Shown piece after piece: positions 9,553 to 18,867 of a stretch of DNA of 64,000 nucleotides. The position numbers were made by a program, and so were the translations under genes. Origin of the DNA: an uncultured Armatimonadetes bacterium (GTDB lineage Bacteria > Armatimonadota > UBA5829 > DTJY01); the NCBI GenBank assembly GCA_963717145.1, contig OY970325.1:5248001-5312000 (forward strand). Direction: 5' to 3'. The notes below the pieces were generated by a model that searched no databases, was not told the DNA's origin, and saw only the letters and a list, made by a program, of their open reading frames with translations. Position 1 is the stretch's first letter. Every line of letters begins with the position of its first letter.

Positions 9553-9564
9553 TGTGTTCTCCTG

Positions 9565-11061
9565 CTAATCCTTGCGTTCGCCGCCGGTTACCGGCTCGGT
9601 CTTGGCGGCGGTCACCGGAGGCCGGCCAACTTGAACGCCCTCGGGGTATCCGTTCGCCTTCTTGAGTCGGGCAAGCTCGTCCCGCATCTCCTTGAGCTTC
9701 TCCGCATGAGCCGGATCCTGGGAGAGGTTCGTCAACTCGTTTGGATCGCTCTTCACGTCGTACAGCTCCTCGATGTCATTCATGTCGGGATACGAGCAGT
9801 ACTTCCATCGACCGCTTACAACTCCGAGCATGAGCGGCATGCCCGGCAGGCTCTCCTCGCGGAAATACTCGTAGAGGAACGACTTACGCCCCGCTTTCCC
9901 TTGCAGGACGGGGAGCATCGAACTGCCCTGCACGCTCTCGGGCGACTTCACGCCGGCGAGTTCCAGGAATGTGGCAGCGAGGTCTATATTCAGGACGGTC
10001 CCATCGACCTTGCTCCCCGCTTTCACGAGTTTTGGATAGCGCACGAGCATCGGGATGCGGATCGACGACTCATAGATCAGCCGCTTGGTGTTCAATCCGT
10101 GCTCGCCGAGGAAGTACCCATTGTCGCCCGCGAAGACGATGAACGTGTTGTCGAGGCGGCCGGACGCCTCAAGTTCACTCAGCACTCGCCCGACGCTGTC
10201 GTCGATCGCAAGTAGGGTCCGATAGTAGTCCAGCCCGTTCTTGCCGTCCCAGGGCTTCCTCTCGACCTTTTCGGGGATCGGCTTGCCCTCGCTTTCGGGC
10301 CACGTGCCGGGACCTGCCCCAGAGGTGAAGGCACGCCTCATCCACTTGGGCTTGCCGGCGAACGTATCCCTGTAGTTCGCGGGCTCTGGGAGGGATTCGT
10401 TCGCGAATGCATCCTTGTGCCTGGGAGCAGGGGTGAACGGCGCGTGGATCGCCTTGTGGGCGAGCACCATGCAGAACGGCTGGGTACGGTCCCTTTTCAG
10501 CCACTTGATGGCATAGTCGGTCAGGATGTCCGTCATATAACCGGCGGCCTTGAACTCACGACCGTTCTCATTCAGGTCCGGGTCCTCGTACACTCCCTGG
10601 CCGAGAAAGCTCAGCCAGTAGTCGAAGCCCGGCCTGGGATCCGACTTCGGTGCCTGGTGCCATTTGCCGATGTAGGCAGTCTTGTACCCGGCTTTCTGGA
10701 GAAGTTGGGCGAAGTTGGGGCATGAGGGATCGGGGTCATAGCCCTCATTGTTGACCACCCCGTGCTTGTGGGGGTAGGCCCCTGTGAGGAACGTGGCGCG
10801 ACTGGGGGCACAGAGCGCCAGTACCACATAGGCGTTCCGGACGTGCGCCCCCTCTCGAGCGATGCGGTCGAGGTTCGGCGTCTTGAGGAACGGCGTCTTT
10901 CCCATGAACCCCAGGGCGTCGAAGCGTTGGTCGTCGGTCAGGATGAACAGGATGTTCGGCCGCTCGTCTGCACTGGCCTCACTCATGGAGAGCACGGCGG
11001 CGAGTACCCCGGCCGCGGCAATTCCTCCAGTCATGAAGTCACGTCGTGTAATCGTGGTCAT
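9565..11061 (-). CDS. Tat-exported sulfatase (formylglycine-dependent)
   Basis: TRRDFM Tat signal, CAPSR motif, GKWH, GDNG. Confidence 0.95.
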   Translation of the reverse strand: MTTITRRDFMTGGIAAAGVLAAVLSMSEASADERPNILFILTDDQRFDALGFMGKTPFLKTPNLDRIAREGAHVRNAYVVLALCAPSRATFLTGAYPHKHGVVNNEGYDPDPSCPNFAQLLQKAGYKTAYIGKWHQAPKSDPRPGFDYWLSFLGQGVYEDPDLNENGREFKAAGYMTDILTDYAIKWLKRDRTQPFCMVLAHKAIHAPFTPAPRHKDAFANESLPEPANYRDTFAGKPKWMRRAFTSGAGPGTWPESEGKPIPEKVERKPWDGKNGLDYYRTLLAIDDSVGRVLSELEASGRLDNTFIVFAGDNGYFLGEHGLNTKRLIYESSIRIPMLVRYPKLVKAGSKVDGTVLNIDLAATFLELAGVKSPESVQGSSMLPVLQGKAGRKSFLYEYFREESLPGMPLMLGVVSGRWKYCSYPDMNDIEELYDVKSDPNELTNLSQDPAHAEKLKEMRDELARLKKANGYPEGVQVGRPPVTAAKTEPVTGGERKD

Positions 11062-11077
11062 CTTTGTGCTCCTTAAG

Positions 11078-14074
11078 TTATCGCTGAACCTCCGCGAGGA
11101 CCGGGGTCATCGGGAGGAGGGTGCGGACCTCCGACTTACCGCCGAGGCTGAGCAGATCGACGGCCTTGAGGACGGGATCGTCCGGGCTGGTCCGCTCATA
11201 GATCACATACCTGCGGGAGATGATCTTCACATTCACCGGCTTGCTGAGCAGGTCGACGATGTTGATCACCGTGCGGCCATCGATCTCCCCCGCGAGCCAC
11301 TCGACGCCCCACACGGGCTCGCCGGTATCGGCATCGACCACGCGGACTTCGGGCAATGCATGGGCGTCGTCCAGGCGGTTCATGAACGTCGGCCACATAT
11401 CCTTCTCGGAATCCGCATCATACGGGATGGAGAAGCTCTTCAGCAGGGTGACTTCCGGCTCGCCGAAGGGACGGCCGTACTGGTCCTTCTGCGGCGCTTG
11501 TCCGATCACGATCAGACGGGTCGTCGGGGCGATGCTGATCAGGGCGTCGAACGCGGCCCTCGGAAGGTGAGTCACCTCCGGGAGGACGATCAGGCTGTAG
11601 TCCTTACCCTTGCCCGCCGCGAGCTGCCTCTCCGAGATGAAGTCGACGTTCACGCCGCAGAAGTTGAGCGCGGTGTATGCCCTCCCGACCGCATCGGCGT
11701 ATCCCTGGCTGTGGATCAGCGATGCCATCGAGTAGACGATCGCGACCGGAGAGTCCGCGTTCTGCAGGGCCGTCACCTCATCCGCGAACCGGTTGAGGTC
11801 GAGGCACGTCCGACCGACGGCCTCCGCGCATCCCGGGCGGTCCATGACGTTGCCGTAGAACGGTGCCGTCCAGGCGTAGGAGGGATCGTCCCGGTCGGAG
11901 GCGCGATCCCAGACCCAGATCGTCGTCGCGCCCTGGCCGTGGATCGCTCCCTGCCAGAGGGCGGTGCGGAAGTGCTCCGGCGGGACGTAGTTCGTCGAGC
12001 CGTCGAGCGTGATATGGTTCTCGGAGTTGAAGATCGGCTTCCGGCCGACCGAGCGCTGGAGGTCATAGGCGAGGTTCTGCCCATGCCAACCGAGCGCCCA
12101 TCCGCCGCCCTCGCGTCCCCAGATGATGCAGTCGTTGCCGTTGATCTGCGAGAAATCGGCGAACCGCTCGGCATCGATCCCCCAGGCGACATGCGGGCGC
12201 TGGAGGAGAGTCCATGCCATGACCTTCGTGTGGATCGGGATGTTCGGCGCCATCTCGTGGATGATGTCGGCCATCCACTGATGCCAGCCTGCGAAGCGCT
12301 CCTGGTTGAAGATGCAGTAGTCATAGAACTGGGGCGCGCCGAAGTCACCGTTGCCGGGGAGCGGGACGGACGCGAAGTCGGCGTAGGTCGTTCCGTAGAG
12401 CTTGTTCATCGTCGCCACGTCGCGGTGGACGCGCGCGAGGTACTTCGGCCACATCGCCCTCGTGATCTCGCATCCCTGGCCCCGGTCGAACATCGACTCG
12501 TTCGAGAGGCAGAAGCTGTTGAGCGCCGGCTTGTTCCCGATGATCGGGATGACGGTCCGCATGAACCGCTCCATCACCTGCTTGGCCTCGGGCTCATCGA
12601 CGCAGAACCCGAGGAATCCGCCGCCGCCCTGACCGAGCTTCGGCCACTTGGCCATCGCCCACGCGGGGAAGTAGTGCGGTGAGAGCAGGACGTTCACCAT
12701 GACGTTGTTCTTCGCGGCGTTGTCGAGCACTTTGGCGACATCCCGCGCGGCCTTGAGGGAGATCTCGTCCTCGGTCGGGAAGGTGATCGCCGGCCCGACC
12801 TCGATCTGAATGATATTCACCCCGTAGCCTGGGAAGCGCGGGATGTCCTTGCGCACCTGGGAGAAGTGCCCGTAGCCGCAGAAGAAGACCGGCCCGCGGT
12901 CCGAGTTCCCCTTCGCATCCTTCCTGTCGCCGATGAAGCTGATGCCCTCGATCTCGAGCTTGCCTGTCTTGTATCGTCGAGCGGTCGGGACCGTCTTCGG
13001 ATCGGCGAGGTAGGCCCTCATCTCAGCCATCGCGTTGTCGAGCGAGGCACTCAGGTCCTTGACGGCGAAACCGGCGCGCCGCTCCTCGCCCTTCACGAGG
13101 TCCGTGCGGGTGAGCGGGATGAACTGCTCCAGGAGGGTCTTCGTCGCCGTGGGATAGTCGAGCGGGATCTTCTTCGCGGCGCACTTGGCATAGAGTGACT
13201 TGAAGAGGCCGAACTTCCTCTCGACGGCATCGAGGTCCGCGCTGATCACCTTGGGGCTGAGCTTCTCGATCGTGCGGGAGGCGGTGGCGATGATCTTGCT
13301 GTCTGCGCCCGATACCGTAACCTCGCACTGGAGATTCCTCACCGCATCCTTGCCGGTATTCCATTGCCATTCGATCGAGTTCTGCCCCGGTTTGAGCTTC
13401 TCTATTCCCTGGAAGAGCGTCGTCTTTCCGGCAACGACGGACGCCTCGATTATACAGCCCTCCGGCGCGGAGTCGATTGCGACCGCGAGGAGCGCCGGCT
13501 TGTCGTCGCCCTGGACTTGCCCGGGGATGATCACCGATCCCTCGAAGCCGCCGCCCCTGAGAGGCATTCCGACGGGCCGGAGAGAGATGTCATCGATGGC
13601 GAGTTCCTTGCACACATTGACGATGTTGATCCCGATGTTGACGCCGGTCTGCCCGTCGCCGGCCTTGAAGCGGACCGAGACGCGCCGCCAGTCGTAGGTG
13701 CCCGCCGGGAGGTCCAGCGTGTACGTGCTCCAGTCGGTGAAGTGGATGCCGGTGGCGACTCCCTCGCCGCGGACCCAGACGCTCAGCTCGTACTCGATCC
13801 CCGGTAGAACCCCGACTCCCTGATAGAGGCGGGCGTAGACCTCGGGCGCGAGACTGCTCCTGTTCACGAAGACGAGGCATCGCTCGCCGGAGTGCGGGTT
13901 GGTGGTGCTGGAATGGTAGCTCGCATCGGCGCGGGTGTACCATCCCCAGCCGGGCGAGTCGTTGCCGGGAGCGACTTCCTCGAAGCCGGGGTTGTTGATC
14001 GTCGGAACGAGCGCCGATCCGGTGCAGGGAGAGATCAGGGCGATGCAGAGCAGGATGACGGCGAGACAGCGCAT
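11078..14074 (-). CDS. Secreted beta-galactosidase-like glycoside hydrolase (GH42-like) with N-terminal CBM4_9-like domain
   Basis: Signal peptide MRCLAVILLCIAL after GGAGG; NPGFE...W CBM start; LSNE and FNSENH catalytic-type motifs. Confidence 0.75.
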   Translation of the reverse strand: MRCLAVILLCIALISPCTGSALVPTINNPGFEEVAPGNDSPGWGWYTRADASYHSSTTNPHSGERCLVFVNRSSLAPEVYARLYQGVGVLPGIEYELSVWVRGEGVATGIHFTDWSTYTLDLPAGTYDWRRVSVRFKAGDGQTGVNIGINIVNVCKELAIDDISLRPVGMPLRGGGFEGSVIIPGQVQGDDKPALLAVAIDSAPEGCIIEASVVAGKTTLFQGIEKLKPGQNSIEWQWNTGKDAVRNLQCEVTVSGADSKIIATASRTIEKLSPKVISADLDAVERKFGLFKSLYAKCAAKKIPLDYPTATKTLLEQFIPLTRTDLVKGEERRAGFAVKDLSASLDNAMAEMRAYLADPKTVPTARRYKTGKLEIEGISFIGDRKDAKGNSDRGPVFFCGYGHFSQVRKDIPRFPGYGVNIIQIEVGPAITFPTEDEISLKAARDVAKVLDNAAKNNVMVNVLLSPHYFPAWAMAKWPKLGQGGGGFLGFCVDEPEAKQVMERFMRTVIPIIGNKPALNSFCLSNESMFDRGQGCEITRAMWPKYLARVHRDVATMNKLYGTTYADFASVPLPGNGDFGAPQFYDYCIFNQERFAGWHQWMADIIHEMAPNIPIHTKVMAWTLLQRPHVAWGIDAERFADFSQINGNDCIIWGREGGGWALGWHGQNLAYDLQRSVGRKPIFNSENHITLDGSTNYVPPEHFRTALWQGAIHGQGATTIWVWDRASDRDDPSYAWTAPFYGNVMDRPGCAEAVGRTCLDLNRFADEVTALQNADSPVAIVYSMASLIHSQGYADAVGRAYTALNFCGVNVDFISERQLAAGKGKDYSLIVLPEVTHLPRAAFDALISIAPTTRLIVIGQAPQKDQYGRPFGEPEVTLLKSFSIPYDADSEKDMWPTFMNRLDDAHALPEVRVVDADTGEPVWGVEWLAGEIDGRTVINIVDLLSKPVNVKIISRRYVIYERTSPDDPVLKAVDLLSLGGKSEVRTLLPMTPVLAEVQR

Positions 14075-14107
14075 TACGGGCCTCCGCAAGGTGGAAAGGT
14101 ATGCCCT

Positions 14108-14137
14108 AAGATACCCGTGCTGAGGCGCACTTGTCAA
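14108..14137 (-). promoter_or_regulatory. Sigma70-like promoter TTGACA-N18-TATCTT
   Basis: About 34 nt upstream of ATG 14074. Confidence 0.45.
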
Positions 14138-14457
14138 ATATTATTGGGCAGCGACATGAGTCGATGGAAGATCCAGAACATGCATTCCGCCCAGCCGGTC
14201 CGCATATCTGTAACCTAGAGCAGGCCCTGCCAGTCCCGCTTACGCCATCGTGCCGCTGCCCAAACTTAGTGTGCCGGTCCATCAGTCGAACAGACATACT
14301 GACGCACCGACAGTCTGACATACTGAAATACTGTGAATCTCTGCGGGTGGTGGATAGCCACCGTCTTCGGCGCAACCGCTGTCCGGAACGGTCTGGTGCT
14401 ACCCAATCAAGGGGTAATGATTCTCGTATCGCAGCCATGGCGATACCAAGCACTAAG

Positions 14458-14486
14458 AGTATACCCTAAACCTACTAACTTGTCAA
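14458..14486 (-). promoter_or_regulatory. Near-consensus sigma70 promoter TTGACA-N17-TATACT
   Basis: -35 at 14486-14481 and -10 at 14463-14458, firing into a noncoding structured region. Confidence 0.65.
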
Positions 14487-14532
14487 CAATGCATCAACGC
14501 TGACGGCAAGTTTTTTCGCCGATCGGCATACT

Positions 14533-15171
14533 CTATTCCGAAGCGTCGGCGTCCTTTCGGCGAGACGGATCTTTGCCCACTGTCGACATGAATGCCTTGT
14601 CTGCTGCGATGATCTCCTCAGCCACCTGTCGCATCGTCTTGTTCTGATTCCTGCACTTGAGCGTCAAATGCGAGTGTGCGGCGGCTTCGCTGAGTGAGAC
14701 TCGCTCCATGAGTATCGACTTCGCGCGCTCGGTGAGCTTTCGGACCTGAAGCGCCGTTTTCGTATCGGCTGCTTCCTTCCGCAGTTCGGCGAACTCGATC
14801 GCTCGCTTGGCGGCGATCGCGATATTAGCCGCCAGAGCCTCTTTGGTGACCGGCTTGAGCAGATAGGTGAAAGCGCCGGCCGCGATCGATCCTTCCACGA
14901 ATTCCGGATCGCTGTACGCGGTCAGTATCACCACCCCGACATCGGCTCGCCGCACAATGTCGCGCGTGGTCTCGATGCCGTCCATGCCGGGCAGCTTGAC
15001 GTCGATGACGGCGACGTCCGGCCGAGCTTCTTCAAGCAGTGACAGTGCTTCTTCCCCGCCCCGCGCCATCGCCACTACCTCGTGGCCCGAGTCTTCGATC
15101 ATCGAGCGGATCCCTACTGCGACCACCGGCTCGTCCTCAATAACCATTACGCGTAACCTCATTGTCTGCAC
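14533..15171 (-). CDS. ANTAR-domain response regulator (PdtaR/EutV-like)
   Basis: Receiver domain (IEDE, DVKLP, KP) plus ANTAR RKLTERAKSILM...MRQVAEEII. Confidence 0.92.
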   Translation of the reverse strand: MQTMRLRVMVIEDEPVVAVGIRSMIEDSGHEVVAMARGGEEALSLLEEARPDVAVIDVKLPGMDGIETTRDIVRRADVGVVILTAYSDPEFVEGSIAAGAFTYLLKPVTKEALAANIAIAAKRAIEFAELRKEAADTKTALQVRKLTERAKSILMERVSLSEAAAHSHLTLKCRNQNKTMRQVAEEIIAADKAFMSTVGKDPSRRKDADASE

Positions 15172-15184
15172 TCCTTTCGCAGTG

Positions 15185-17536
15185 TCAGAACTCTATGCGA
15201 GCGAGCGTGCCCGGCTCGGATCTCGAGATGCTGAACTTGCCGTGCAGCCCGTGCTCCACGAGAGACGAGACCAGCCCGAGCCCCGACTTCGCCTTGCGAG
15301 GCGTGTTGAAGGTCTTGGGCAGGCCGACTCCATCGTCTGATACTTCCACCACAGTCATTGTGGGGCTGACTGAGACTCTGATCGCGATCTCTCCGGAGTT
15401 CCTGCCCGCCAGTCCGTGTTCGACGGCATTACTCACCAGTTCGTTTGCTATCACCCCGATAGCGACTGCCGTATCAGGAGAGAGAGCCCGGTCACGACCT
15501 TCCACGGTGACGCGGACATCTTCGCTCCGACCGGCAGCAGCCACTGCCGTCTGCGCGACTTCGGTCAGCAGCTTCTTTAGCCGCACTCCGGATGCCAAGT
15601 GCTTTGGTGTCAGCAGCGAATGGACCGTAGATATGGCGCCGATCTGGCCCATGCACCTCTCGAGCGCCCTCGTGCTCTGCTCTCCCTCTTGAGAGGAGAT
15701 GCTCAGCAAGCCTGCGATAGTCTGGAGGTTGTTCTTGATGCGGTGCTGCATCTCCCTGCCGAGGACCTCGAGTTCGAGCGTTCTGGCATGCTCGGCGCCA
15801 TACAGCCTTGCGTTGGCGACGGCGATCGCCAGATGCTCGGCGACCGCCTGCAGTATCGAGCCCTCCCTTCGTCCGAAGACGTCTTCCTTCTGAGACCAGA
15901 TCTTGAGCAGGCCGGTCACCGTGCCCTTATATATCAGCGGGGAAACGGCGACCATTCCCGAGGTGATCTCGCGCTCCTTGTGCTCTATTCGGTAGCTCTG
16001 CATCTCACTTGATTTGGCCCAGGAGTGCATCTCATACGTGGCCTTGAAGGTGCGAAAGTGCTGCTGGGTGAGCTTCTTGCGAGTGTGGACGAGTTCGCTC
16101 CCGCCCTCGAAGGAGTATACGTCCGCAATCTGATTCCCGCCGAATACGACGAGACAGACATCGTCGCAGTCGATAAGCTCTCGCAGTCCCGCCTGGCAGG
16201 CGGTGAATATGCTGGGCACATCGAGGCCGGAGTTGATGGAGAGCGCCATGCGTTCGAGCATCGCCAATCGGTTTGCCCTGTCCGCCACTTCACCCTGGAG
16301 TATTGCATTCTCGATCGCTGCGCCGAGTATGCGCGAAGCCAGGTCGAGAAACTCGATCTGCTCCACCGATAGCTCGCCGGAAGGCGGGCCCGCGAGGCCG
16401 ATGCATGCGTGCTGGCCCAGCATCGATCGGAGGCGCACCAGTGCGAAGGACTTGACGCCTATCTCCAGCACGCTTGCCCGCACGACCTCATCCAGCCGCT
16501 GATCGGTTGCTACATCATCGATGATCTTCACGGATTCCGCCTCGGGACAGACAGCATCCAGACTTGCCAGGATGTGCTCGGGGGCGATCATGATCCCCCC
16601 ACCGCCTATAAGCGCAGATGCCATGTACTCGGTCCCGTCCGCGCTCACCGCGATGATGCCTCCACTGGAAAGGCCGAGGAACGCGAGGATCTGCTCCATT
16701 GCTGCTCTCAGCGCATCGTTGATGCTCTCGGCCCTGGACAGGGTCAGCACTATGCTGCTCAGCACTGCAAGCGCCTCCTGTCGGGCCTGGAGTTTCTCGC
16801 GCAGTTGCATGGTCTCGGTAACATCCTTGGCGATGCCCATATAGCGCACTCCACCGCCGACATTCAGCCTTTCTCCCCTAACCGCGATGTGACGCTGGCT
16901 GCCATCCGGGAGTATCAGGCGATACTGAATGTCCGTCATGGGCACGCCCTGCTTGGAAAGATCACTCAGGATCGACTGGCACCGCTCGATGTCCTCGGGA
17001 TGGACGATCTCGGACATGTGCATTCCATAGACGTTGTCCGGCTCCGCTCCCATCGTCGCTCGGATGGACGGGCTCACATACGTGTGGAATCCAAGCTGGT
17101 CTATGGCGAACATGAACTCCATGGAGTTCTCGACCATGGCCTGGTAGTCTTCGGGTGTGAGAGCGTCGGCCTGGGGATACTGCAGGAAGGTACTCGCTAT
17201 CCTGCAGGTGATGCCGGAGACTCCGGCGTCATTGAGATTGGGACTGAGAAGTATGACCCGACGCTCGGGCTCGGGGTGGAAGAGCATGACTGCGTTGCGA
17301 TAGACGGAGAACCCGCTCGGAAACCGGCCGCCCGACAGGATGGTTTCGCACGCCTGGAGAGCCTCGGACGGATCGAGGCCGGCTATGGACTCGGGGAGCG
17401 ACTTGCCGATGAGGTCGCCGAGACTCGTGGTTTGGACGGCGCGTGCCGGCCCGACGCAGGCGGATTCCCGCGCGTCTGTAATCTTGAGGTTCTTGTCTGC
17501 AATCAGGAGTACCTGTGCGGAGAGAACCTTCTCCAT
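15185..17536 (-). CDS. Cytoplasmic PAS/GAF sensor histidine kinase, HisKA_2 type (PdtaS/EutW-like)
   Basis: PAS (VHPED), two GAF domains, HRIKNNLQ, NELVSNA, DDGVG, GLGL. Confidence 0.9.
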   Translation of the reverse strand: MEKVLSAQVLLIADKNLKITDARESACVGPARAVQTTSLGDLIGKSLPESIAGLDPSEALQACETILSGGRFPSGFSVYRNAVMLFHPEPERRVILLSPNLNDAGVSGITCRIASTFLQYPQADALTPEDYQAMVENSMEFMFAIDQLGFHTYVSPSIRATMGAEPDNVYGMHMSEIVHPEDIERCQSILSDLSKQGVPMTDIQYRLILPDGSQRHIAVRGERLNVGGGVRYMGIAKDVTETMQLREKLQARQEALAVLSSIVLTLSRAESINDALRAAMEQILAFLGLSSGGIIAVSADGTEYMASALIGGGGIMIAPEHILASLDAVCPEAESVKIIDDVATDQRLDEVVRASVLEIGVKSFALVRLRSMLGQHACIGLAGPPSGELSVEQIEFLDLASRILGAAIENAILQGEVADRANRLAMLERMALSINSGLDVPSIFTACQAGLRELIDCDDVCLVVFGGNQIADVYSFEGGSELVHTRKKLTQQHFRTFKATYEMHSWAKSSEMQSYRIEHKEREITSGMVAVSPLIYKGTVTGLLKIWSQKEDVFGRREGSILQAVAEHLAIAVANARLYGAEHARTLELEVLGREMQHRIKNNLQTIAGLLSISSQEGEQSTRALERCMGQIGAISTVHSLLTPKHLASGVRLKKLLTEVAQTAVAAAGRSEDVRVTVEGRDRALSPDTAVAIGVIANELVSNAVEHGLAGRNSGEIAIRVSVSPTMTVVEVSDDGVGLPKTFNTPRKAKSGLGLVSSLVEHGLHGKFSISRSEPGTLARIEF

Positions 17537-17683
17537 GGAAGCGTCTCCAATATCTCCAGTGCAGGGCAGGTCTGCATGCTCATTATACCGCATCTTTCGA
17601 ATTCCGGCTAGACAAAAGCAAATGTGCCGGCCCGTCATGAGACAGGCCGGCACAGAAGATCTCTCAGGACCATCCGGTCCGCG

Positions 17684-18691
17684 CTATTCCTCTTCGATCA
17701 TCTGGTCGTAGAAGCCCACATAGTCGTGCGGGTTGTCGCCGGATCTCATCTTGATCGCCGTGCGGGGATGCATGTTCATCTGCCCGGTTATCATGTACGG
17801 GATCTTGTAGCCCCACTCCATGTCGCCCGCTTGCTCGAGCGGAAGGAAGACGTCCTGGATGCACTTCAACACCGGCCGAAGCTGGAACTTGGGATTCTTC
17901 AAGAATCCGAGCAGCAGTTCGAGCGGGCAGTTCCCCGCGCCTCGGCCCATCCCGTTGATCGTCGCATCGAGCCGGTTCGCGCCGACGATCAGCGACTCGA
18001 GCGTGTTGGCATAGGCGAGCATCTGATTGTTGTGCGCGTGGATGCCGATCTCGATATCCTTGCCCTCGACCGCCGCCAGGAATTGCAGAGTGAGGTCCCT
18101 GATCTGCTCCGAATAGTAGGATCCGAAGCTGTCGACGATATAGATCGCGCACAATGGCTGGTTCGACAGGATTTCGAGCGCCTCGCCGAGTTCACGCTCC
18201 TGCACCGTGGATATCGCCATCAGATTGACCGTCACGCGGTAGCCTTTGTCGTGCGCGTCTTTGATCATGTCGAGGGCCGTTGGAAGCTGGTGGATGTAGG
18301 TCGCGACCCGGACGATGTCGATCACGCTCTCGGACTTCGGGAGGATGTCATTGTGGTAGTCGGTCCGCTCGGCGTCGGCCATGACCGCGAGCTTCAGGTC
18401 GGTCGGATTGTCGTCCACGATGCGCCGCATGCAATCCTCGTCGCAGAACTTCCATTTGCCGTGCTCCGAGGGCGCAAAGATCTTCTTGTCGGCTTTGTAG
18501 CCGAGTTCCATCGCGTCGATTCCGGCGGCAACGCAGGTATCGTACACTGCCTTGACGAATCCATCCTCGAAGCCGTGATCGTTGATGAGGCCGCCGTCTC
18601 GAACGGTGCAGTCCAGAATCTTGATTTCGGGTCTGTATGTCAACCAGGTGCCCTTTGCCAACTGGTCTTTGACATGCTCCATTTTTGCCAT
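17684..18691 (-). CDS. DRE-TIM metallolyase (4-hydroxy-2-oxovalerate aldolase-like / HMGL-like)
   Basis: DCTVRDGG, HAHNN and GMGRGAGN motifs; AGGAGAG RBS. Confidence 0.85.
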   Translation of the reverse strand: MAKMEHVKDQLAKGTWLTYRPEIKILDCTVRDGGLINDHGFEDGFVKAVYDTCVAAGIDAMELGYKADKKIFAPSEHGKWKFCDEDCMRRIVDDNPTDLKLAVMADAERTDYHNDILPKSESVIDIVRVATYIHQLPTALDMIKDAHDKGYRVTVNLMAISTVQERELGEALEILSNQPLCAIYIVDSFGSYYSEQIRDLTLQFLAAVEGKDIEIGIHAHNNQMLAYANTLESLIVGANRLDATINGMGRGAGNCPLELLLGFLKNPKFQLRPVLKCIQDVFLPLEQAGDMEWGYKIPYMITGQMNMHPRTAIKMRSGDNPHDYVGFYDQMIEEE

Positions 18692-18774
18692 AGTGCTCTC
18701 CTGCCAATCGAATGTTAAGAATACGTCATATATTCGCACAAAACGCCGGTTCTGTCAATACCGAGAAACGGGAG

Positions 18775-18846
18775 ACCTTAGACTTTGGACCTTGGACCGG
18801 CCACCCGGATCGTGGGAACTAGAGTCCAACGTCTAGGGTCTAGGAT
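18775..18846. repeat. Heptamer-based palindromic element (TAGACC/GGTCTA family)
   Basis: ccttagactttggaccttggacc ... gtccaacgtctagggtctagg between divergent genes. Confidence 0.6.
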
Positions 18847-18867
18847 CTACCGCCACGGAGGAATCGC

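Noticed and set aside
10862-12682. Long antisense ORFs (also 7406..9007, 39807..41633, 16409..17611 and others)
   Set aside because: Shadow frames of high-GC genes on the opposite strand with no family motifs.
14390-14450. Canonical ANTAR dual-hexaloop target motif
   Set aside because: Only the first hairpin can present an AxxGxx loop, and only with a bulge; the second does not fit. Kept only as a hypothesis in the ncRNA finding.
14106-14469. ORFs 14106..14453(-) and 14131..14469(+)
   Set aside because: No RBS, no recognisable motifs, and they overlap promoter and repeat sequence.
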